Virus record (IMG/VR): IMGVR_UViG_3300001335_000566
Coordinates: 7,427 to 71,426 of that record
Origin: a virus
Lineage: Duplodnaviria > Caudoviricetes
Length of the DNA stretch: 64,000 nt
Direction: 5' to 3' (one strand)
Part shown: positions 18,701-33,700 of the stretch, piece after piece
Position numbering within the stretch: the first letter of the stretch is position 1
How the letters are laid out: each line of letters opens with the position of its first letter
The notes under the pieces: generated by a model
Told to the model about the DNA's origin: nothing
Seen by the model: only the letters and a program-made list of their open reading frames with translations
The model's database searches: none
Made by a program: the position numbers and the translations under genes

Positions 18701-21700
18701 ACTCCAACATCCATAACACTAACAGTAGAATTTTCCTGTCTTATTTTATTAACCAACAAAGCAAGCATTAATTTTCTGACAGTCATTTCATCATTTGTCA
18801 ACTTAAATCTTTTTTGTTGTGCCTCACCTGCTTTAAAAAAGTTTTTAAATAATAATTTATCACTTCTTTTATCATAAGTTTTTACATTAAGTGTATTAAC
18901 ATCATGAATAGATATTACTATATGATTTTCACTTTGTGCTAAAATTGATATAACAGGATCAAAACCTTTAAAATCTTCATGATATAAAAAGCTTAAAGAA
19001 GCATCTTTCTTCAAATCAGAATATCTCATTGTTTTAACAACTGGATCAAAAGACATTTGATGATTTAATTTTCGTAAAACATCAATAGATACATTTGGTT
19101 TCTCTTTTTTAAGATTTATTCCAAAGTATTCTTCAGATTTACCAGGTTTACCTCCATCATTATAATATGCGATAATATTATCTTTCGTTTTTTCAGAATT
19201 ATCAAGTCTATTATTTATAATATTCAAAAGTGCATCATTATTTATGGGATCATAAACATTTGTAAATTCTATTTCTTCATTTTTTACAAAATCATAATAA
19301 ACACCTCCAGAATTTGCAATTTGATCTTTTAATAACATTAATTCTCTATCAATATTAACATTAACTGTTTTTGAAATTGGATTTACAGCATGTTCATATA
19401 AGTCAGTTAAACTTTTAACAGATTTTATAAATGTTTCTTCTCTAAATCCAATTGAAGTATCTTTAATTAAATTAAAACTATCTGTTGAAATATATGAAAT
19501 TGCTTTACCATTTTTAAGAGCTTTAAATAAATAATCACCAACCTCTTCAATAGTCATTTGTTCAAGATTTTCAATATTTTTAAATTCTATTCCAAATACC
19601 ATTTGGATAAAATGCATTATTGAATTTCGAATATCTTGTATGAATGATTGAATTGAATTAATTATTTTACTTGCCAATGTTTTTACTTCTGAAACGCCAT
19701 ATTTCATCATTAATTCTTCCATCATTCCTTGACTATTGAAACCAATGATGTAAGCCATTATTTCTTGCAATACATTTTCATCACTTAATTTTGGATGTTT
19801 TTGTTTTATTCTATCAGCAAGTTCACTATCAAGATAATTTTCCGCACTATTTTTTAATTTTGAATATAAATTAGGGTTATAATGTTCAATAATTGAAAGA
19901 AATATATGAGATAATTCATGTAATGGAGTACTAAATTTAATCCTTTCATAATTAATATAAAGAACACCATTGTGTATAACAGCATTTGAATATGGGTGTC
20001 CAAGACTTGCCAAAAATGCAGTATCTACTTTTTCCATTTTTATATTTGGAAAAACCCTATGCATCATATTAACGATACTATTTACAAATTCAGATGGTAT
20101 TACTGTTTCAGCAGTATGACTTATTTCTGATAATGAATTATCTTCAATTTTGCTTGGTCTAATACTTAAAGTATTAGCACTTTCTTCAATAATTATTACA
20201 TAACTATTATCTGGTAATTTTGTTAATTGATAAGAAATAGGTCTACCATCTATTTCTCCTTCATTAAACTGTACAGACTCTGCAGAAACAATACCATTAT
20301 CAACATAACTAATAAGTTCAACAGTTTCTCCATGTGATAATTTTATAATATCTTCAAAACCCAATCTATGATAAACTTTATCTGAACCAACTACTGATGT
20401 ATTAAAATACCCATTCATAGAAGTTAATATAGGATCATATAAATACACATAAAATTCTTTTGTATAATCTTTTGCCAAATGAGGTGATTCTTCTAATTCT
20501 TCTTTACCTTCTTTTTCTATATTTTCTATTTCTTTATTTCCTTTTTTCTTACCTGTATGCTTTATACCATATCTGCCTCTTGTCGTTGCATACATTGGCC
20601 GATCTTTTATCTTGCCACCCAGTTGTCCTCTGGCTATAATATCTTGCTGTGACTCTTTAAAATCCTCCCAGGGATATTCTTCAATCCATTGTTCAAATTT
20701 AGTTTCATATTTTGAATCAATAAGATCAAAAAAACTACCATTTATATTACTAAAACCATATCTTAAAAGTTGATATACCCGAAATAGTTCTTTTATATCT
20801 TCTGGCAACATATCATAATGGTTCTTATAAAAATCTTTTTCTACTAAATCCATTCTTGCACTTTCTTCAAATTTGGCAATTAAATATGTTTCCTTTTCTG
20901 TATATTGTTCAACAACTGTTCTTTTAATAAATTGATTATTTTTATATATTCCATTTTTTAATTCTCGTACAATATATGGAAACATCATAAAAAAGTATGT
21001 TCTTCCAACAGTACTACTTAAATCAAATCCATTATAATTAATATAATAATCCAAATAATCAATAACTTCATTTGGTTCTTTTAAAAAGTTTTTATTAAAA
21101 TAATCTTTAGTAAAATTATTACCAACATTAATATGGCCTATAATTTCAGATATCATTTTACCTTGATAAGCCCTGGTAATTTCTTTATAATAATTTTCAA
21201 ATGTATCTTGATAAAAGAAATCAGTAGCACCAACTTTTTTTAAGATTTGTTCTTTTACTTCAATATTTGAAGTAATGGTAAACGTCATATCAATTTTATT
21301 GTTTACTCTGTAAATAGCATATACATATTCTTCTAAAATAGGTGAAAGACCAACTATTGTTGCAATATTAAATGTTTTCCTTATTTCTTCTTCATGAATT
21401 TCATTTAATGATACATGATCGTTTTCCTTTACCCATGCCATTTGCTGATCATATGTTCTTCCAATAAAAGTTCTTTTAGATTCTGTACCTTTAAATAAAT
21501 TTTCAAGATTACCACCCAATGCTAAAGATAAATTATTAACTGTTTGTTTTAATTCCCAAAGAGTAGGTTTAACACCTTGTTGAATGCTAATTATATTTGT
21601 AAATCTTCTTATTTGTTCACCTATATAAGCATATTTCTTTAAGGTTTCATCTTCAAGTAATTCATATAGTCTTTTAGAAGTATTTTGATCTGATTTAGAA

Positions 21701-24700
21701 TTATCTGCTTTAATTGATTTTTCAACAAGTTCTTCATTTTCTAATAATATATCCAGTATTTCTTTTTCAGATTTTCCTAAAAATATCATACCGGCAATTA
21801 TTGGTGAAGTTTCTTCTGTTATATTAAGTCTTCCAAGTAATCCACCTTCTTTTGCATTATCAGTTGCAGCATTAATTAATTTCGTAATAAAATAAAGTGA
21901 TTCGAGTGCTTTTTCTTTATTATTAAATAATGCAAATTCTCCAAATGCTTTCTTTTTTGATTTTGAATATTTATTAAATTCTGACTCTAAAGATAAAAAC
22001 CTAAATATTGCATTTTGTAAATTAGCAAAATGTCCAACTAATGTATTTCCTGCTTTATTAAACTCACGAATTTGAATTGCTGAACCAATATCACTTGCAT
22101 TGTATTTAGAATAATCTAACTTATTTGCACGATCTCTTAAACTTTGAATATCTATTTTTTGACTTATTAATGGTTTATTTGCCTTATTATTATAAAATTC
22201 CCAAATAGTATCAAAAATAATATTTTCCATTTTAGCAATACCTTTGGCTTCATAATATCCATCTTCTGTAATAATGCCTTTATCATCAAGTGTTTTAAAA
22301 TATAATTGTAATGCATCAATGTCATAGTCAGATCCATCCCAAGAATTTTTTTGAGCTGATACATATACTGTATTATCAGCACGATTATGAAAACCTACAA
22401 CTTTAGCAATAAAGGCACTGGCTCCACCAGTTGTTGGAATACGTACACCAATTGTTTCTAAAGCAAGATTAAATTTTATTAAATAATCAAAGAAATATTT
22501 TTCTAAAAATTCAGGTTTAAGATTTTCAATAGGAACACCTCTTGTAATAGATTTTGCTTGATTTTCATCCATATTATCTAATGCCTCTATAAGGTCTTTT
22601 CCTTTTAAAGCATTTTTAATTTCTTGAGGTGTAAAACCATAAAAATAAATACTTTCATCACCAAAATTAAATGTTAATGATTCTTGTAAACTCATATTAA
22701 AATTTATCCCAAATTCTCTCATATAATGAAATGGAATAATAACTTCAGCTGGTTTAGCTTGATCATTTTCATCATAATGAAATGGATCTAATTTCCTGGC
22801 TGCACCAAAATTTTCATCAATATCTCTATCGAATTTCCCAATATCTGCAGGCATATAAGGCCTACCTTTTTCATCAAAAAATAATTTAAATGATTGAGGT
22901 GCTTGAACATATTGATTACCATGCATTGAAGGTTTAAGATAATCATTAATATGTTTTATAAGATTTTGAATATGTGCATCAGGGGCAATATTAATACCTG
23001 CATTTTTACCAAATGCAATTTCCATAAGTTTCAAACTTCTATGGCCCAACCCATTTTCATATGCTAAATTCTTTAAGAACTTAATAGTTTTGTCATGTCC
23101 TTGAGGAATTTTTTCTAAACCATATTCAGTTAAAGCTTTTAATGAAGAATTTAAGCTTTTTGCAATTAATTCATTATGAGAAAATCCCATAATTGTATAA
23201 ATCAACTGTGTGGGGATATTTTTAGTTGATTGAACAGTATTTTGATATGTAACTGTTTGTAATCCTAAAGAATCAGTAGGAACATAAATTACATTTTCTT
23301 CATTATTAAGTTTTACATCAAATTGAACATCTTCCCAACTTTTACCATTTAAAGTATTTACTTTGCGTTTTCCTGATTTAAAAGCACTTTCAAAAACTAC
23401 ATAATCTACAATCTTATTAAGATATGTTTTTCCTTCTTTACTTTGAATAAAATCTGCAGCTATTTGAATGCCTGCATCAAAATCAATGTCTAACCATTCT
23501 AAAATAGTTTTTTTTGCTTCTGTATTTGAAAGTTTAGGAAATAAATGTTTATAATCAGCAGGAATAACATTTCCAAGTTCACCTAACATCATTTTTGTTA
23601 AATCTCTCATTGAATTCGAATTTCTATATTCGATTTCAGTGATAGGCATTTGTGCCATTTTAAAATATGTCAAATTATTTGTTTTATGATCAACATTATA
23701 TAAAACATTTTTTAACATTCCTCTATTAACATTTCCATACACACCACCAGCAGCTCTGTATAATAATTCTCGGGTTATAGGATTAAGTATAGAAAGACCA
23801 TCTGTTGATTCAACTCTTGAATTATCTTGTTTATGATAATCTTCTAAATCAGTAGTTACTAAAACCCTCATTTGTTTATGTAACCCTATTTGTTCATTAG
23901 AATTATATTTAATTCTTGGTGCTACAAGTCCAGAAGCCCTTTTAACATAATCAATAATATCTTCATATTCATACATTGACTTTCTGGCTATATGCGAAAC
24001 ACTTTCATTAAAAATATGATGAGACCAAAAAGCTGCTTCTAAAATAGGATGCCAATTTTCATCCCATATAAATTGTTCTGAATAAGTTTCTTCTTCAGTT
24101 ATATCCCATAATTCATCTACAGATTTAGGCAATTTATATTCATATTTTTCTAAAAGTTCAAGATAATTTTTAAATTGATTTTCAAATTTCTTTTTAATAA
24201 GAGCATATTTTTCGTCACTATTAAGTTTACTCCATTTTGTTTGATCAATTTCAATATAAGGATTGTTTTTTTGTGTAATTGCATTTCCTGGTAAAACTTC
24301 TCCTTTTTTTGTTATAATATAATCTCTAAATTCTTGAAGATTTGAGTGTTTAAAAAATTCAACCAATTGTTTTCCTTTTCTTGTACCAGCTTCTTTTAAA
24401 GTATTCTGATAAGCTTTTGAAGAAATATTTTTTAATTCATGGTAATAATTAATAAAATCGGTAAAATATTCAATTAAAACATGAGGTTCAATTTTAAAAT
24501 TCTTTATCTTTTGTCCTCTTATAATATCTTTAAGTGCAAAAACAGAATTATAATTCGACTCATACCATTCAGCCATTGGCATAATACTTTTATCAGCCAT
24601 TGGATCTAACATTGATGCAAGTTTAAAATATGATCTGTCTTTAACTATTGACCCTATAATCATTGAATCAATAAAAGATTTTATATAATCTTTTGAAGTA

Positions 24701-27700
24701 AGTTTTTTATACTCTACATTTTTTGTAATCCCTTTAATACCATTAAATATAGTTAATTTATCAAATTTCATTTTCCCTCTTAATAGAGATGAATTATATC
24801 TAATAGTTCCATCACTTAAAACAGTTATTAAAGGATTGTTTTTATCTCCTTCATTAATTTCCCCTATTATTCTATTTCTTACTGTTTCAGTTGTGTTCCA
24901 CGTTCCACCAAATAAATCCATCAAAAATGATGAAGGAGTATGTTCATAAGCATTTTCACCAGTAACAGTTTTAAGTATTCGAGAATATGTCTTATTTGAA
25001 CGAAGCAACATTCTTTTAGCAATACTATCTTCTATATATTGCCACATGTCTTCTGGCATTGGAATTATAGCATTTTGTATTGCACCATCTTTATAAACTT
25101 GCTGATATTTTTTATTAACAGCTTCTGTGTTATAACCATTTTTCTTATAAAACTTATTTAATTCTTGTAGAATTTCAACTGTTTCATCACTATAAATAAT
25201 ATTTACTCGTTCACTATTAATATATAATTTAGGAGTTTGACTTTCTTTTATTGCTTCAGAATCTGTTTTTCTAATTCTTGGTAGTATACTTGGAACAGGT
25301 GGTTTCCCTTTTAATGTATTGTCAATATCATTTGTTACTAATACTGATGCTTTCATTGCTAAAAGCATATAATATAAATGATTTATTAATTTGTTTCTTT
25401 CAATTGCAATTAAATCATTTATAACAGGATATATAACCTCTTGATCACCTTTAAATCCAAGTATTTTAAACAACCATTTAACATGATGTGGTTCAATTTG
25501 TTTTTTAGTTATATCAAGAATAAGTGTTCGACCATTTTCAACATCATAAACCTTTCCATCTTTAATATCAATTACTTGTCCAATACCGGGCATTATCATA
25601 GATTGATATCGTTTTTTTAATTTTCCATTATAATATGTTTCCCTTCTTATATTTGATTTAATATTTGATTTAATCATAGAAACATCACTGTTACTATAAG
25701 TAATCATTTCATTTGTATTACGGTCTATATGAGTTTGCATTCTATTAAAAACAGAGAAATAATTAGACCAAATAGCATTTAAGATGTTACGCATTGCCTG
25801 TTCTTTTTCATACCAGGCACTTTCACTATAAGGATATGTTTCACTTTTTAATCGATGTTCTTTATCTAATTCCTTAAATCGTGGATCTGTTATTAAAGAA
25901 TACATCCCAACACCCTGAAATCCTACTTTTGTAACGTTTTTAAATAATGGATTTGGTACATTTATTTCAACAGAATAAACATTTCCAGCAAGCCTAAGAA
26001 AACTATAAATAGTATCTGCAGTAATTGCATCAGTTCCTGATTCTAATTGACTTCTTAATGTTGCAAATAAATTTTCCAATGAAGGTGTAATGCCACTTCC
26101 TTTAATTATAGAAGCAGCATCTAATAATAAACCATTTAATTTTTCAAATGATACAAATTGATGAGGCTTTTGTCTTTTATTACTAAGATTCATCCTCATT
26201 TTTTGTAATTCATTTTCTAATAAATTCTCATAAATTTCCTCATAATTTAAATCATCTTTTTTTATTTTCTTTCTTTTTAATTCTTGCTCTACATTTTTTT
26301 GAGCTCTTGTTCTTTGTTCTGAAGAAACATATGAATAATCATATAATGGTATTGACCGTAAAAACATGTTCAAATAACCACTTTGTAAATCTTTATTAGA
26401 TATCCTATGACTATCTATCGTTATATTAGTTTGTCCTCGACTTGTAGATATTTCTCCATAACGTGCAACATCAAGATTAATATTTCCCAATGCCATTTGC
26501 ATTATTGTTAATCCAACACTACCACCTAAATGATATGAAATATAATCATTAAATGCTTTAAGATTTCCGGAATATTTAGGATTATCTAAATTCATTTTTT
26601 TATTCATGAATATAGTTTTTTCCGGATTTTTATACAAACTTGAAAGATAAAACGCTTCTGGTGTCATTTCAGAAACATGTCCTTCAAAGATTAATATAGG
26701 ATTACCTTCTGAATCAGTTTGTGAATAATCATAAATTCTTTGAATATCATCTTGTTTTTGTATTAATCTTGACCTTGCATTTCTATATGTACTTATTGTA
26801 TGAATGATACTTGTTTTAAAATTTTGATTTGGTAAAAAGACTGGCCCAACTTCTGAATTATGCATAATTCTTCTTGTTACTAACTGATTTGCAACAAAGT
26901 TGGTCATCCCTGGGGTATGGAAAGTTTCATATGCAGCTTTAACTCTTTTAGGACTTACATATTTACTAACACGATGTTCAAGGTCAAATTCACTATATAT
27001 TTCTTGTATTGAATTATTTGCAAACACTCCGTTATCTGCCATTTCAAAAAAACTTTGCAAATAATCATATCTACCAGAAAATTTTGCAAGTATTCTTTTA
27101 AGCCACATAATGAATTGTCCTAACCTACTTTTGGCTTTATAATCTCCATCCATAAATTTGTCAGCAATATATTCATGAATATCTACATCATTATTAATTA
27201 TTTTCCCTTTTCTTAACATTTCTTCTGATGCAGCGTTCATAATATTTGTAGCCATTGTAGGATTTACAAGGTATAATAATATAAAATGTATTGCTTCATG
27301 TCTTGTTGTTTTTTCATCTACACCAAGAGAAACACCATCATTGAACATTGAAAGTTCTAACATAGCATTTCGAACCCTACCAAGTAAAAATCCATCATCA
27401 TTAATATCAAGATAACCATTTTTAAAATAAACCTTTGATAAATGATCTGAACCAATCAATCTTTTTAATTCACTTCTTGCTTTTTGTTCTGATATTAAAT
27501 TAATCCTATATTCTAAATTAACAGCATGACCTAAATATTCAGGATCATCAGGAATTTCATCAATAGATGTATCATCTGTCTTTTCATCAGAAACTTTATT
27601 TTCTAAATCCTCTTCCATCCCTTCTATTTGTTCATCTGTAAATTCTTTTACAGTTTGTGAATTTTGTCTTCCAGATGAACTTGAAACAAAGTGACTTGGT

Positions 27701-30700
27701 TGTGAAAGACCTCTAACATTTGTACTTAAATTATTATAATTATCTGAAACATCTTTTTCAGTAAAAGGAGTAAGATAAAAAGTAGGCTGATCAGTTATTC
27801 CTTCTTTTTCAAAATTTTCTAAAGTTTCATTAATAAAACTTATTGCTTTTTTAAGATTTTCAAGTTTTTGTTTTGGAGTTATACCTCTTAAATCAATAGA
27901 TGATCTTTTTTCATTATAATAAAGATATAATCCCATTTGTGAAAATTCATCAATTAAATGCTTTTTAATTAATGAACGATTATGACGTATAAACTGCATA
28001 GCATCTGTTTGATCAATGTATGCATATACAACCTTCTTTTCAATTTCATTTTTAGCTTCTTTTTCTATTAATTCTGCAATCTCTTTACTTTCTTCTATTT
28101 CTTTAAAAAAAGATATTAAGTCTTTTGAAGATGCTTGTTTTCCGTCAAGATATATTTTTACTGCATTTGTATGATCGTGATGATATGCTAAAATATAAAA
28201 TCGAGTTCTCTCTTCATCTCCTACATAAAAAGTTTCTCTTTGTATTAATGGAGTATTATCAGAATTTCTTATAATTTTAACATTAGAACCTTTTAAATTA
28301 TTTTCTAATTGTTTAAACGATATTTTTTTTCCATTTTCATTATAAAGTATATTTCCCGAATTAGTATAAAGTAAAGTACCATTTACATCAATATCGTTAT
28401 AAAGCTCCCACATTATTTCGAGCCTTCGTTGATTCATATTCCTTAAATTTTGTCTGATCACCTCATCAGTCTCACTCATAAAAGTATCAGACATTATTTC
28501 CTTTGCTATACTTCTATAATCATTTTCTGAACTATTTAAAAAATCTAATAATTCTTTTGTCTTCTTTTTGTCATCATAAATACTTTTACCTCTTTTGTTT
28601 TCTTTTGAAACAAAATCTATTTCAACTTCAGAGTCAACACCAATAATATGAAGACCATTAGATTTAAATAATTTTAATTTATCAGCTTTTTTAGTTTTAG
28701 AAGTAATATTTAACAAAGTAGACAATTCAGTACTATTAGCAATGATAGACAATATCAAATTATCATCAATAACAGTTACAACTGGAAATCTTCCATTTTT
28801 TTTATTTACAAATTCATGATTATGTTTCATCTTACCGGTTTTGGAATCAATCCAAACACCCTTAAGACTATCTTTAAACATTACCCTTTTAACATGTAAA
28901 CCTTTTGATTTATTTATATGAAATGATACAATATGTCTGGCTTTAAGAATTGTGTTATTTTGGTCTTTAGAAAAAGCATTTGTAAGTTTAGATATATCTA
29001 AACTGGGAGTACCTTCAGGATAAAATATATTATGGCCCATACTAATTAGTGGTTCTCCTTCTGTAACAAAGGCATCAGAAGAAGATTTAAACTTCATTGC
29101 AACCTTAACAGGTCCAATAATTGAAAAATCATTATTAAATTTATCAAGACTTACTCTGTCAATATTTCCATCTTCTGTTTTATAATAAATATAATATTTA
29201 TTGTTTTTTACAGTAATTTCTTTAATTTGAATAACATTACCACCTTGATCAAAATAATAATTATTAAGAATAATTCCTTCATCTTGTAAGGAATGATTTA
29301 ATATTCTTTCATTGGAAATTATTTCTTTTTCTGTTGCTAAACCAATATTAAACTCTGAAGGATTAGATATTTCTAATATTTTAACGATTTTATCATAAGA
29401 TGATTTTAAATCTTTTGAATCAAGCAAATGCATTTTTGTATATGACATTTTGCTATTTTTTTCATCAACATGAACTTCATTAACATAAATATTATTAACC
29501 TTAATAGTACTTTCATTTAGTCCATATATATAACCTGCCAATTTATTTAATGTAGTTTGCCAAGACTTAGTATCACGTATATCAGTATCTTTATCATACT
29601 TATAAACAACTTCATATACATCTACTATTGGAATATAAATTACTTCTCCTTTATTATTTTTAGATTTTACTTGTCCAACAACATTTAACATTAATGGTTG
29701 TCCAATTAATTCTTCACCAGTACTATTATCTTTATATCTTAATGTAGGACTTAAAACAGGAATACCATCATGTAATACATTAAGCATTTCCTGATTAACA
29801 TATAAAAGGTTTATAATTGTATTTTTATATCCTTCAATATTGTCAATTTTTTTTACTTCTTTTTCATAAATTTCTACATAATCATCAAAAGCTTTTAAAA
29901 AAACTTCTAAATTAGTAGTATTGCTCTCAAGGGCATATTCCATACCCCTTCTAATCATTAAATTTCTTGTTTTATTTAATTGATTCGATTCATCAACTTT
30001 TTCATTATTGTTAAGATTATATGCAATATCAGAAATATGTTTAAGTTCATTTATTTCTTTTAAAGAAGCTTTATTCTTTATAAGTTTATCAATAATTGGT
30101 TTTGTATTTTTACGAACTTTTTCTTTTTCTTTTTCTTGAAGATTTAGTGTTATATCAATATCTGTTTTACTAACCTCATTTTCACTTTTATCAGTTTCAT
30201 TTTTTAAATCCTCACCCATTAAGTTTTTAAGTCTTCCATTAGGATCAAGTAATTCATTTCTTAAATTAATGGAAAATTGAGAAACCGTTTCTTCATTATT
30301 AAAAGTATTAATTTTAGTATCTTCTTCTTGTTGTGCAATAGCTTCACTGTTATTATCAGGATTACCCACAAGCATTATATAACCTTGTTTAGATACTCTA
30401 CTAATAGCTGTTAATCCCAATCGACTTATAACACTTGTACCGGCATTAGTATTTGGAAAAAACATATCTTTTCCCTGCCATTTTTGATTCATAAAATCAA
30501 CAGCAAAGTATACACTTTCTGATTTTAAACCACTAATTAAATGATTGTTATTTGCATCCTTTTTTATTGAAGCAATATCATAAAAAAGAGTTTTTATATT
30601 ATTATGAAACTTTTTAGGTATTTGCCTGCTTGATATAATTCTATCTCTGTCTTGATTTGTTAAAACAATTAATATTGCTTCTTCAGGTGTAGGATCATTT

Positions 30701-33700
30701 TCCAATCGTTTAATAAATTCTTCTATAACTGAAGCCTCATTCATTGCATATTCAGCTCCTATGATAACACCACTACCATCTTTCTTTGCTTTTTTACTTA
30801 ATGTAATAGGTATGTCTCCAGTAAATTCATGTACTTTTAAATCCCTAAAATAAGATACCAAGTTATTTATTTGTTGTATACCTGATCTGAAAACATAAGT
30901 CATTGGCATTGTTTTTTCACCAGATCTTGCAAGATGGTAACTACCTGCTGGAATTATTTTAGATTCATATTCTAAATTTTCATTTACACTTATTATTTCA
31001 TTAGTTTGATTATCATCACCAATTAAAAATATTGGAGTTTTAAAACCCTCTTCATTTGCTTTTTTAAAGAAATTTGAATTTTCATTTACCAAAATACCAG
31101 GAATAACCGAAGATTCATCAATCATATAAAGATCTGCTTCACTATCTGAAAATTTATCTAAATCTTCAATTAATTCAAGTTTTAATTCAATAATCCCTTC
31201 ATCTGTTAATTTTGCAAGTGATTTATTATGTTCATTGGATAATTCTTTTGTTGGTACATATAATGTTAATTTTACTTTCCTACCAAGAATTTTATGTAAT
31301 GCTTTTAACATTGTAGGAACAAATAAAAATGATTTTCCTGCACCACCATAACCACGAATAGATAATGTATTATTAATTAATGAAGCTTTAAAAAATTCAT
31401 CAATATCATTATTTGTTATAAAGTCATTTCCTGGGTTAAAATAAAATCCAAGAGCATGAATTATTATTTGTTCTTGTTCAAATGTAAATATAGGATCACC
31501 TTCAGGTGTTTCCTTAACAACATCATAAAGAGTTTTATATAAAGAAGCAAATGTAGGAGATTCACCCTGCCCCATTTTATTAACCCTATTTAACATTGTA
31601 GTAGCAAAATATAAATAGAAACTTGCAGATGAACCTTTATTAAGTTCTTCATTATCAGAATAAAAGTTATCAATAGAATTTAAAATCCCATCATTAGAAA
31701 GTATACCATCAAAAGTTTTTATATTTTTACCATATAATGTTTTTTCAAATTCTCTTGTATGAGTATATCTTATATTAGATTTACTAAATATTTCTTTTAT
31801 TACATCTGTAAGTTTTCCAGTTAATTCATCCTTTAATTCAACAAGTTCTTTTTCAATTTTCATTATATGCTGAAAAATTTCATGTGCAAGTTCCATATTA
31901 TCATTCAACTTTGCTTCAGCATAATCCATATATAACTCTTCAATATTTTTATATTTTTTCTTTACATCTTTTTTAGTTTTTGGATCTTTAGTAGTTATAC
32001 CAGATTTTTCTAATAATTGCCTTATTTTATTTACCCTTCCACCGATTGTTTTTCCTATTTTGGAATTTTCAAGGATATTGGCATGTTTTTCAACAAGAAC
32101 ATTAAAGATATTCAATTCAATATTAGTTGTTGCAAACATTGGTCTGGTAGTTTCCAATTCCAAATTTGTTTTTTGTTCCTTTATTGCTTCCCGAAGATCA
32201 GCAGCTCTCTGTTTTTGTTTTTTAATAACAGCAAGTGCATTTTCTTTTGATTGAGTATTTATTCTTGTTGGAGTAAAATTATAAGCATCTTCTTTGGGAT
32301 TTGTATTTTTATTAACAATATAACTGTACTGAGGCATTTTATGTTTTTTCTCAATATTTTCTTGAAAAAAATCATGATTATAAGTGATATATTGTTCTAT
32401 ATCTTGAAGATATTCTAAAACACTATTAATTATATCGAATGCTGTTCCTGGATCATCAAATACACCGTCTGGTTGTTTTGATATTTCTTCAAAAGATTTT
32501 AAAACTTGTTCTACAGTATTTACCCCTTTACCTTCAAGGGAACTAAGTTTTACATCATTAATTAAATATTCTAATATTTCACCACCATGGTTTTCACTAA
32601 CCAAATTAACATCTTCAGCATTTTCGTTTTCCATATATTGCTGAAACAATCCACCCTCTTCCTTAAATACTATATTTTCAAATGAAGGATCAATTTCTTC
32701 AACTTGTCCTATTAAAGACATTGATTCTTTATATTGATTAAAAAGTCCTTCTATTTCTGTCTTTACTTTATTAAATGCATTTCGATCTTGAATGGAAAAT
32801 ATATTTGTCTGATTTTTTTCATCAAGTTTTAAACTAAATGACATACTATCTAATGTGACCTTTAATGCATTTAAATCATCTTTCATTTGAACAGGTAAAA
32901 TATCTCCTGTTTCCATAAGGGATTTAGCCTCATCAACAATAGTTTTTAGTTCACTCTGAAAATCTTCAGGACTTAAAAAGAAACTTTCTTTAATTTGTGT
33001 GTTTTTTTTAGTTAAATTCTCTGCAAAAGCAAATATTAAATTTTTATGTAAATTTAAAATTGAGTTTTTATTAGTCATGCTAAAATGCATAAGTGCTGAA
33101 AAAATTTCAGGGTTTAATTGCATTCCCAAAGTTTTACTTACTTCTAAAGTATGAAAAACACTCATCATTTCAGCAGGATTTTTCTTCATCCTGTTCAATA
33201 TTCTACTCTTTTCTTTAGCTAATCTTTCATTATATCTTTCATCATCTACTTTCATTTTCTTTTCAATTTTGGCTTTAGCCTGCCTTTCTGCTATAGCCTC
33301 CATATGATAATCTGTTTCAAGAAGTGCAAGTGCTTTCGCAATATACCCTTCGCTTACATTTCTTTTTTTAATTTTATTATTATCAACATATTCATCATTT
33401 AATGGCTCTGTCCACCAATTAAATCTTTCTTTTGCCTTTTCTCTTTGATCTTTTAAATATTCAATATTTATTTTAGGCAGCTGATCTTCTGTTATACCAA
33501 GAGCCTTTATACTTTCTTCAGGAATTCCTTCATTTTTTTCAAGAGAAGCAATCATTTTATCAATATGACTTATTGTTGAAGCCAAATTAAAACCTGAACG
33601 AACAATAGATTGACTATTGTTAATAGCTAATTGTTTTTCTTGGTCAGTAAATATATCAAATTCAGGATTTGTCAATACTTCTACTGCAAAATCTATCTCT

